Of a DNA stretch of 64,000 nt, positions 52,765-64,000 are shown piece by piece. The translations under genes were made by a program, and so were the position numbers. Within the stretch, counting starts at the first letter, position 1. Each line of letters starts with the position of its first letter. The notes below the pieces were generated by a model. That model was not told the origin of the DNA. It saw only the letters and a list, made by a program, of their open reading frames with translations, and ran no database searches. This stretch comes from Octopus sinensis. Taxonomy: Eukaryota. The stretch spans positions 57,362,464 through 57,426,463 of the forward strand of contig NC_043011.1 in NCBI RefSeq assembly GCF_006345805.1, in the 5' to 3' direction.

Positions 52765-53190
52765 TCCTTTCTACTTTAGGCACAAGTCCTGAAATTTTGG
52801 GGTGGGGGATAAGTCGATTTCATCGACCCCAGTGCGTAATTGGTACTTAATTTATCGACCTTGAAAGGATGAAAAGTAAAATCGACCCCGAATGCACTTC
52901 AACTCAGAACGTGAAGCATTTCGCTCGGCGTGTTACCGATTCTGCCATCTCAATTCAAAAATAATAATAATAATAATCTTTCTAATATAGGCACAGGGTC
53001 CGAAATTTGGTGGGAGGGGACCAGTCGATTAAATCGACCACAGTGTTTCACTGGTATTTAATTTATCGACCCTGAAAGGATGAAGGCAATGTTGACCTCG
53101 GTGGAATTTGAACACAGAACGTAAAAACGGACGAAATGCCGCTAAGCATTTCGTCCGGCGTGCTAATGATTCTACCTGCTCGCCGCCGCC
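52765..53190 (-). mobile_element. Two tandem SINE A copies (52765-52950, 52977-53190) with AAT spacers
   Basis: Family A motifs. Confidence 0.85.
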
Positions 53191-53380
53191 TCCGGCTTTT
53201 ATGTCAATGAGATAAAACTGTTCCATCCACTCTTCCTGTTTGATATTCCTCCATGCGACATTGCCTCTGTTCAGTGAGAGCAGAAACGTCATTTGAAAAA
53301 CCGTCGTAATGAGGTAACCTTTAGCTGTTGGCTCGACCACAGAAATTGCAACTGAATTACCTACCTTACAGAAAAGAAAC

Positions 53381-53790
53381 GACAAAGGAATGGCTGTATG
53401 GTAGGTAGCTTGTCTACCAACCGTATGGTTCCGGGTTCAGTCCCACTGCGTGGCACCTTGGGTAAGTGTCTTCTACTATAGCCTCGGGCCGACCAAAGCC
53501 CTGTGAGTGGATTTGGTAGACGGAAACTGAAAGAAGCCCGTCGTATATATGTATATATATATATGTGTGTATGCGTGTGTGTGTTTGTGTGTCTGTGTTT
53601 GTCCCCTAGCATTGCTTGACAACCGATGCTGGTGTGTTTATGTCCCCGTCACTTAGCGGTTCGGCAAAAGCGACCGATAGAATAAGTACTGGGCTTACAA
53701 ATGAATAAGTCGAGTTGCTCGATTAAAGGCGGTGCTCCAGCATGGCCGCAGTCAAATGACTGAAACAAGTAAAAGAGTAAAAGAGAGAGT
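53381..53790 (+). mobile_element. Full-length SINE family B (CORE-type)
   Basis: A box tggctgtatgg, B box ggttcagtccc, CORE-like gcaccttgggtaagtgtctt, internal (TA/TG)n, tail ggcggtgctccagcatggccgcagtcaaatgactgaaacaagtaaaagag. Confidence 0.92.
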
Positions 53791-54204
53791 AATTGATAAA
53801 ATTTTGAATATGTTTTGCAAGAATTTTGATATGAAACTGTATGTTGAAACAAAATTCTTATATTTGGTAAGAGTTATTAATGAACATAATCTAGAAACAT
53901 AGTGTACATCCACTTAGACGGCTACAGATTAATGTAGTGAAAACAGACACAACAACCGGTGAGTGTTTTGAGAAGTTTTTATTAATTATGCGATTAGGAA
54001 ATATAGTAATTGATAAAGCATTCCTAAATACACTATGGTTGAATAAAAGTTGAGTTGGCAAACGCAGGAATATCTTTTAATCATGGGTTTACTTGCTCAA
54101 CGCTGACCTGGGGTTAAACAACAACAGCAGCAACAACAGTTTATTTCAAACAAGTTGTTAGCTGGAGTCGTACTAGCCAGATGTTCAACATCTCTTAACC
54201 TTTA

Positions 54205-54360
54205 TGTTTTACTTGCTTCAGTCATGAAACCGCGGCCATGCTGGAGCATCGTCTCGAATGGGGTTAATGGAACAAATCGGCTCCTGTACTTATTCTTTAA
54301 AGCGTGGTACTTATTCCATTGGACACCTTTCACTGAACTGCTAAGTTACGGGAACGTACA
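54205..54360 (-). mobile_element. SINE B 3' part
   Basis: ttcagtcatg..gcggccatgctggagcatcg..gctaagttacggg. Confidence 0.75.
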
Positions 54361-54549
54361 GACAAAGTTACATATATAACACCACCGCCGCCGCCACCGC
54401 CACTACCACCACCACCACCACCACCACCACCACCACCACCACCACCACCACTATAATCACATCATCCAACTTACACTATTAATACTACTCCACCTCTCCT
54501 CTTCCCACTGCTGCTGCTACTACTACTGCTACTACTACTACTACTGCTG

Positions 54550-54586
<37 letters not shown>

Positions 54587-54990
54587 AACTACTACTGCTA
54601 CTACAACAACTACTACTACCTGAAATTAATTAGCAAATACGCTAATTAGCTTAATTGGCACCTGAGGCATTTTTTATTTACCAGGAACAATATTGATATC
54701 GTCTGTTATGACGGTGTAAGATCAATATAAATTTTATATAGTGTGACTGGGATATTGAACTGTTATATAAATGTTAATATATATATAGGTGTATGATTGT
54801 ATAAGTCTATAATGTATATCATACAAACACATACATACGAACATGCATACATTCTTACACACACACACTCTCACACACACGTCTATGTATATAGACTTGT
54901 GTATGTATATGACTATATGATGAATAAGCAGAAACTAGAAACAAGAGTAACTAATTTTCCCAAAGGTATTATTAAGCTCAAGGGAAAGAG

Positions 54991-55030
54991 TTGTTGACGT
55001 TTCAGACATTGGAGCCCTTCATCAGAAAAA
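54991..55030 (-). ncRNA. Minimal type I hammerhead motif (Penelope-type, decayed)
   Basis: TTTTT [CTGATGA] A-GGGC-TCCAAT-GTCT [GAAA] C [GTC] AACAA. Confidence 0.6.
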
Positions 55031-55071
55031 TGAAAACGAGGGAGGTGGAAGGAAGAAAGAATATATATCTA

Positions 55072-55112
<41 letters not shown>

Positions 55113-55139
55113 GTCTGTCTGTCTGTCTGTCTGTCTGTG

Positions 55140-55170
<31 letters not shown>

Positions 55171-55373
55171 ATACAGTCAATTCGAGTATGTTAGATCCAC
55201 ATTAGGGATTATATAATTCCAAAACATTCACAATCATATGATGAGAAAGTTTCTGCGATATATTAGGGATTATTGCAGTAATACATATTATTAATATTAT
55301 TTAAGAAAGAAAATGGAGAAAGATGGATGTATGAATAATTTATTTGTATAACACAGGAAGGATTACATATATG

Positions 55374-55603
55374 TTTCTTTATTACCCACAAGTGGCTAAA
55401 CACAAAGGGGACAATCAAGGACAGACAAACGGATTAAGTCGATTACATCGACCCCAGTGCGTAACTGGTACTTAATTTATCGACCCCGAAAGGATGAATA
55501 GCAAAGTCGACCTCGGCGGAATTTGAACTCAGAACGTAGCGGAGACGAAATACGGCTACGCACTTCGCCCAGCGTGCTAACGTTTCTGCCAGCTCGACGC
55601 CTT
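55374..55603 (-). mobile_element. Full SINE A (tail type B)
   Basis: Family motifs. Flanking ttacatatat repeat. Confidence 0.9.
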
Positions 55604-55921
55604 TACATATATATTAATTTGCGTACATCTGTCTGTCTATACGCATGTTTATAAACGTAATTAACCTTTAGAGAGAGAGCAATAATAACGAATCAAGGAG
55701 TTACTATATAATTTAATCTAAAACTTGAAGAATCTATGCGACCAATAAATAAATAAATAAATAAATTAAATATAATGAAATAAAATATATAAAATAAAGA
55801 TTATATAGAGCAGTCAAGACACATAATTTCCTGAAAGTAATTGAACGATTATTGGTTGGAGATATGTAATAAACAACTAGAAGCACGCACGTTTATTTAG
55901 AATATATATGTATATATATAT

Positions 55922-55959
<38 letters not shown>

Positions 55960-55966
55960 GATTATA

Positions 55967-55997
<31 letters not shown>

Positions 55998-56119
55998 CAT
56001 ACACACACACATATATATATTATATATAATATACATATATATATATTATATATATATGTATATATTATATATATATACATATATATATATATAAATATAT
56101 TACATATATATATATATGC

Positions 56120-56168
<49 letters not shown>

Positions 56169-56226
56169 CATAATATATATATACATATATATATACATAC
56201 ATATATATACATATATATATATATAC

Positions 56227-56258
<32 letters not shown>

Positions 56259-56262
56259 CTAT

Positions 56263-56296
<34 letters not shown>

Positions 56297-56595
56297 ATAA
56301 TATATAATATATGTTTATATGCAAATACATACGTGCTTGTAAGCATATTATATATATTACATTGAATTTTAAATAATTCCTTACCCATAAACATATATTG
56401 CGTTATATCTGAGATTTTCGAACGAAAGAGGTTTCTAGAATGGCTGATAAAATTTATAGGTAAAAGCTTGTCCATATGATGTAGATATTATTTAGAAACC
56501 GACCTTTTCAAACTTGCATCCGTCTATTTTTGCCTCTCACAATTCTTGGAAATGTTTTGGGGGTTAAAATCCTTAGGTCCTTATTCCAGAGGGTT

Positions 56596-57160
56596 CTGTA
56601 CAGTTGTGGAAATTAGCTGCCCAGCGGATGTTAACAAAAAGCTGAAGATCAGTGAAAGAGAGAATACCAACGCTGAACTATTGAGAAATCTGCATACAAG
56701 TTCAAGTTTATACCTATAATTATTGGGGCCCTGGGATATGTAACACACTGCCTAAATACTGATCTTGAGAAATTAGGCTTCTCGAAACCAGAAAGGAGAA
56801 AGCTAATTCGAAGACTACAGATCCAGTCCATAACTGGAACTGTAAAAATCTGTAAAGCTTTCCAGAAGTTTATCATTTAAATATATATGATCATTTCTAG
56901 ATATGCAACTATATGCATGTGAATACATACATAAAGCAAAACATACAAACCTACACACACACACACGCACACACACATATATACATACATACATACATAC
57001 ATACATACATACATACATACATACATACATACATACATACATACATACATACATACATACATACATACCCTGTTGTTGATGTTGAAATTCCAATGAAGGG
57101 ACCTTGGATCTAGGTTAGAAACCGGCTCTTTCTCTATTGGGAAATAAAACTGAAGAGCAA
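56596..57160 (+). mobile_element. (TACA)n-family RLE 3' end
   Basis: CTVVEISCP..YKFKFIPIIIGALGYVTHCL..FQKFII*. 3' UTR with an expanded (TACA)n. Ends gaaataaaactgaa..tacataca. Confidence 0.88.
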
Positions 57161-57326
57161 CGTACATACATAAATTATAAGAGAGTTATATATAGAGAAA
57201 CGTAGGTGGTAACTTATTCCCATGCTGCAAAAAGAAATGGAGCAAATTTATCTTCAGTATACACAATTAAGGGAGTCTTAAATTGAAATAGCCATCAATG
57301 TATCATGCTTAATGTATATACACTGT

Positions 57327-57597
57327 TAATAGGCCAGTTACTGTGATGTTTGTCCTGAGATAACATTTCGTGTGAATATTCCGTGTAAAATCACAATAAA
57401 TATCGGAGGGAGATGAATATTCGTCCCAGCAGCAGCAATCAACGAGATTCTCAAACGTATTTGCGCCTGCGTTTTCGCTGGTCACCTCTGGAACAAATTT
57501 TCGCCATTCTTTGATATCTATTGTATTTTTAACACAACATATCCATAGGAAATGCTAATGTTATCTCAGGGCAAATAACGCAATAACTTTTCTATTA
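57327..57597. mobile_element. Palindromic MITE-like element
   Basis: Arms taataggccagttactgtgatgtttgtcctgagataacatt.. / ..aatgttatctcagggcaaataacgcaataacttttctatta give ~100 bp of imperfect IR. Confidence 0.75.
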
Positions 57598-58823
57598 TAC
57601 ATTAAGTATAATATATAGTGATTATATAGATATATCTAAATTATTTGTATATTGCAGAGAAATATAAATTTAAAAGTCTTGTCAACATTACGAAGTGTTA
57701 TAAAAATATAATCAAGTGCTTATAAGGTAAATAAGTTACAGAAAAACACGGAAAAGGTTGTCTTCGATATGAAAAGAAATAGATGTATAGGAAATCTTTC
57801 CGCCGCTTGTTTCCGAATAATGAACCTGTGATTGGGTCGTTGCAAATCTGAAATATACTGAGATATCAAACGTATTATAGACAGAAATAAGAAAAAGTAA
57901 CTAGTGACTAACCGTTGGATTTTGTGTTTGTTGACCTATTTCTAACTGAGTGTTGACATATCAGTGAAGGAGATCAAAATATCTTGAAATAGAAATAAAG
58001 ATACCAAAGATCCGGAAACAGAAATAACTACGCCGAAGAAATCAAAGATTAAACTTGTCACAGACGGTCTCGTTGATGTTTTCAATTTGGATTTATTTGC
58101 CGGAACCTATCAAGTATATATAAGAAGATATATTTGTCGCCTTTATATGATTTCAATGACTAAATACAACAAAAAATTGAAAGAGAACATTGCAACATAT
58201 CTTCCCAAATTAATCCTTCAAATACCATTAAGTATTCCTTCGCTTCAGTCTCAATATTTTTAATGATACATAAGTTTGTTTTTGCATTCAAGATAGTATT
58301 TAAATAAATTTGCAATCTTCTGAAAAAGATTTCCATAGCAATAATTTACTTATTTGTGAAGAGAATATTGTCATTTCTTAATTCAACAAAATGCAGAAGG
58401 TATTCATATCAAAGAAATCTACAGCCATTACTTAACATTGAAAACTTACTTTCAGACAAATCGCGAAGTTATATTTGTATTTTAAGTACAAGTTAACGAC
58501 CGATTAATATCGAAAACAAATATCCACACAGAAAGGCTTTGACAGTGGACTTATTTCTGGCTTTCCGCACTAGATTTATCATTGCATACAATCTGCTGCT
58601 AGAATCAATATTTGCGGTTCTTCAGTTTAAAAGTGTTCTTAATCTGGTTTTAAATTTGACTGGAGTTAATAACAATACTCGAATGATTCACTGATGGAAG
58701 ATATGTGATTTGTATCCGAGGAAAGTAAACGGAAAACTGAAGCGACAGATGGAAACGGTGAAGAAAAATGGTGAGGTGGGCAGAGGAGGTGGAGCGCTGG
58801 ACTAAACGGTGAGAACGTTTAGT

Positions 58824-59133
<310 letters not shown>

Positions 59134-60010
59134 GTGGGCAATTATGGAGTGAATTTTTAGAGCTTATTATTCAGTTCTAAGATTTGCGGTCAAATTCGAA
59201 CGGAGTCGTTTTACTTATTTACTAGTACATGGTACAAATACTAAACTAAGTTGAGGGCTAATCTACACCATTATACATCGATTCTAAAAAAAATTAATGT
59301 CGCCATATGAGTATAATAGATATTAATTAAAAACTTGTGTAGTCGAGCTATCAATAATGACGGAGCCATTGTTTAAAAATTGTAAATGATGGAAGTTGCT
59401 AATGAGAGTATGAAGATGTAAATAGAAATACCAAAATAACAGCAAAATAAGAAAATTCTATTTTCCCCCAAATATTAGACAACAGTTGTGTGCGAGTATG
59501 TCTGTATGTATGTATGTATGTATGCGGGTGCGTATGTGCCTGAATGTGTTTGTGCGTATTTGTGTTTATGAGTGTGTGTTGGTGTGTGTGTGTGTGGGGG
59601 GGGGGTGTTTGAGTGAAAACAGATTTTGTTTGCTGCGTAAATATCGGAGATCCAAAAGAGAAGTGGAAAAAATCCATATTCCATCGTTACATCGTAATCA
59701 CTTGTGATGTAATTGTACATGTACACACACAAACATCCGTACACACATACACACGCATAGACATACACCCATATGCTTGCGTTAGTGCGTATGTGTTTGT
59801 AGTTGCGCGTTTATGGTGTTTTCTCTCCTCCAACTGTGACTGGAATGGAATGTCCCGTGGAGCACCTACAGAAAATTTGCTTCTTAGGAACGAGAAAGGT
59901 TAGAAGGGTTTTGGGTACTTGAAAGGTTGTACGGAAGTTGTGGATATCTCAGGTTACAGTTGGTAACTCTCTACCCACATAAATTCTACCAAACCTGAAT
60001 CAAGTCGAAA

Positions 60011-60077
<67 letters not shown>

Positions 60078-60079
<2 letters not shown>

Positions 60080-60292
60080 CCTTTCTGCTATAGGCGCAAG
60101 GACTGAAATTTAGGGGAAGGCGGGCCAGTCGATTAGATCGACCCATGTACGCAACTGGTACTTAATTTATCGACGCCGAAAGGATGAAAGGCAACGGTAA
60201 CCTCCGCGGAATTTGAGTTCAGAACGTAGTGACGGACGAAATGCCGCTAAACATTTTGTCCGGCGTGCTAACTACTCTATCAGCTCGCCACC

Positions 60293-60293
<1 letters not shown>
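60078..60293 (-). mobile_element. Full SINE A (tail type A) within (AAT)n
   Basis: Family motifs. AAT tracts on both sides. Confidence 0.9.
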
Positions 60294-60363
<70 letters not shown>

Positions 60364-60870
60364 CATTGGATTTAATAAAATTCAAGCAGTTAATACGTGG
60401 GCGATAGCATCACTTCGGTATGGAGCGGGAATTATAAAGTGGCAAAAGAGAGAAATGAAAAATATGGATACGAAGACCAGAAAAATGTTGACAGTGCACG
60501 GAGCCTTCCACCATAAGAGTGATACCGATAGGTTGTACCTGTCCATAAGGAAGTGAGGGAGGAGGCTTGATCAGTTGCCAGGACTGTATCGAAGTAGAGG
60601 AAAACAGCCTAGGGCTGTATATAAAAAATGCCGCGGAGCCACTGTTGAAACACACGAAGAAGGTCATCAAAATTGAAAATTGTGTAACTAAAGAAAAATT
60701 AGCGAATTGCCGAAATTGGCACAACGCGAATACAAAAGACGCCATGACAATGTGGCGAGAATGATTCATTGGGAACTCTGTGGAAATCACGGCCTGCAAA
60801 GTGCAAAGACGTGGTATGAGAAAACTCTGGAAGGAGTTACCGAAAATGAGAATTGCAAAATATTTGTGTT
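60364..60870 (+). mobile_element. R4/Dong-like RLE fragment (internally deleted)
   Basis: NKIQAVNTWAIASLRYGAGIIKW..MDTKTR..HGAFHHKSDTDRLYLS..EGG-GLISCQDC, then IHWELCGNHGLQSAKTWYE..ENENCKI. Begins right after (AAT)n. Confidence 0.82.
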
Positions 60871-60953
60871 GAGATTCACTTAAAAGTGATGTATCTGTAT
60901 ATTTATGTATATATGTATGCGCGTTTGCGTGTGTGTGTGTATATATGTGTGTG

Positions 60954-61001
<48 letters not shown>

Positions 61002-61998
61002 ATATATATATAATATATATATATATATCAGCAATTAATCTGTTATAAATGTTTGTATATCACTGTGTACAAAGTAATACTTGACTGATGACGTGTCCAG
61101 ACCTGTGTGTGTGCGCGCATAGATATATGCATGTATGTGTATATGTAGAAGCATCTGGATGAGACAAAGTGCTTCTTTGTTGGTGTAAATTACATCTTAC
61201 GTTCACCCAAACACACACACACACATACACACAAATACTCGTACATAAGTATACATACATCACACATACTTATATATTTGAATGCATATATACATACTGA
61301 CATGTATGTATGTATGTATGGCAAATAATCATTGAAACAATCCTTTAAGTATTAGCATTCGTCAGTTTACTTAGCAGACATGTTAAGGCCTAGAAGGAAA
61401 CAGTTTACAAGAGTCATCAATTATTATTAGAAATGTCGACAAAATAAAACAGAATAGAAACTGTCTGAATGAAAAATATGTCACGCAAAACAATAATGGA
61501 AACGGATTGTGTTGTTAGTTGAAGCTAAGGAGAAAGAAGCGTTTCGTTAAAAGGTACAATCAAGATAACTTAGAGAAATCCATTATGAAAGCAAAAAAAA
61601 TGGTCATTTTAATGACCGCTATTCAAATAAATAGCCAATTTGTAACAAAGACTTAAGAAAGAAGAATTGAGACATGGGAACGAATAGTAAAATAGATTGT
61701 AAGTTCCTGGGCAAACAGAAGACGCGACGTTAGTTTTCAGTATTCGGTTTAGGCTATTCCACATCATGTACGCTGCTAATGTGTCTGAAATAAGTGTTGT
61801 TCTTAACCCGCCGACCGGTTTAAAATCATCATCAGTCTTTTGGGTGCATTTAACCACCAGCCATCACAATGCAGTCGTATTTTCAGACATACTAGACCTA
61901 AGATTATATTATCCAATTTTACATGCTTCCTTTAACATAGTAGAGAGTCAAATGACAGATAGACAGACAGACAGGCGGATTGATAGATACATAGATAG

Positions 61999-62049
<51 letters not shown>

Positions 62050-63276
62050 GAGAGAGAGCGAGTTTCTTCCTTTCTTGACCTAGTAGGTATACTCATGATT
62101 AAAGAATGACTTCCTAGTGTTCTCAGGTACTCTAGTACCAAAGCCGCTAATTCCTTCGGGAAATTCAATTCAGATTTGTGGTCGTTAGGAGTGATGGATA
62201 TGAAGGGGAAGTATGTGATAGCGATGACGTTTCAGGGGAGCCTTTTATGTGCAGCGGTGCTTAAATCACGTAGATTTTTCATTTTGTCAAGGAATTGTTT
62301 GAAAGGTGTCGCGAAATTTCTGGAAAATTTTTGGAATGGTTTGGAACGGTACCAAAATCTTGTTTTAATCAGTTTCATAATTATGATAATCTAAATGGGA
62401 TGCCTTCGGTGATTTGAAACTTAATTTACCTGGCGGCGTGCAAGTGGCTGCCATCTCAAAGAAGTAAGCCTTCAAGCTCAGCACTTCATTACGTTGTCCG
62501 TCTTCTCATTAAAGTCTGTTACATAAAGTTTCGTTGGTAGGATAAGAATGTCGTTCATCGAATAAAGAAGCGGTTGCATCTCCATCAAACATTTGTTCTA
62601 CGTCAATAGATATGGCTCGCAAGGTACGTCACTGAATGGCAACAGCTGTACAAAGAGGTTTGCGAAAAACAACCGATAGAACACGTAACACATGGCATGG
62701 GGATTAAATATGTGATTAGATTAAATATAATTTGACTGACATGTGCATTATTAAAAGTTTCCCGGACGGAAAAATCATGCCCGATCGTTTGGTATCTATG
62801 ATTTCTAAACAGGGCTGATATTCCATGAATGATGAATAAGAACCTAGGTTACTTTGCGTTAAAAGGGTGAAGAAGTCAGCCATTGTTTCATTTGAAACAC
62901 CACTGTTATTCAAATTTTCTATATAGTTTATAGAATAGCATTAACCATTAATGGCATAAAATTCGTAACGAAACTCAGGGATACTGCTTCACGCTCTTTT
63001 TACCATTTTCGCTTTTTCTCAGTCTCTTTACTTTACTATCTGTCTGTCTGTCTGCCTATCTCTCCCCTTCTCTCTCTCTCTTTCTCTATGTATCTAAAAA
63101 TGTGTACGTATATATAATATACACTCACACACATACACACACGTTTGTGTCTATGTCAGTGTGTGTTTGTGCGTACGTTTCACACGCACATATTCAAATA
63201 TGTATTATAATATATGACATATTTGTGTGTGTATATATGTGCGTCTGTATATGCGAGCGCGAGCGCGTGTGTTTGC

Positions 63277-63311
<35 letters not shown>

Positions 63312-63943
63312 TATACACACATACGCACTTTGATATAAATATATCTACACATACGTATATATGTATGTAATTACAGATATGTGTGTGCGCGTGCGTATCC
63401 GTTCTTGTGTATATTTTGTATGTAGGCATACAAATTCACTACCAAAATCTCATTAAGTACCAGCTTAATGTCTTAGGTTCATAAAATGTCAAATATTAGA
63501 CAACATGTATTGAAACATTTTCACATAATACAACTGACAACTGAAATAGAATCTCCGCCTTGTAAATTCTATAGTGTTATCTCTGTTTCTCTGTTTGTCT
63601 TGTAAACAGTACCATTTATTTCAATAAGAATCGGTTAGAATGTCTTATTGCACCTTAAACAAGCCACATGAATCCCAATACTAATTTCTTTCCATAGATT
63701 CAACTTATAAACACTATAACATTGTAATGTATATATATGGTCGTTTCTGCGTTACAGGCGACAGCTGAACGGTGCAGACGACCTGGCTGATGTTGGTATC
63801 TTCTGTTATCTCACACAGAGATTATTTACATACATTTATACACATACGCACGCACTTACATACACACATGCACAATATACGCACTCTCACACTCCCACTC
63901 AAGCGCGTGCACATACACCCGCGTTTATATGCATAATTATATA

Positions 63944-63985
<42 letters not shown>

Positions 63986-64000
63986 TATATATACACACAT

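Overview
AT-rich, microsatellite-saturated eukaryotic non-coding DNA (intronic or intergenic). The repeat repertoire looks like an octopus/cephalopod genome, which is an inference from repeat style only. No intact host protein-coding gene, rRNA, true tRNA or CRISPR array can be supported, and almost all ORF-track entries are translations of (TA)n, (CA)n, (TGTA)n, (TATC)n or (AAT)n tracts. The window holds many copies of at least four tRNA-derived SINE families; decayed restriction-like-endonuclease (R4/Dong-type) non-LTR retrotransposons of two kinds, one sitting in (TAA)n and one in (TACA)n tracts; a CR1 3' end; a rearranged Tc1; a mariner deletion derivative; MITE-like palindromes; and non-coding non-autonomous elements. 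The strongest unexpected signal is a set of type I hammerhead ribozyme motifs of the minimal Penelope/retrozyme style, with palindromic stem III. They include (i) a two-copy element joining a tRNA-like Pol III head to an (AAT)n spacer and a hammerhead, with a 13-bp TSD, and (ii) long inverted repeats whose arms carry outward-facing hammerheads. All alignments and folds were done by eye, so boundaries are approximate.
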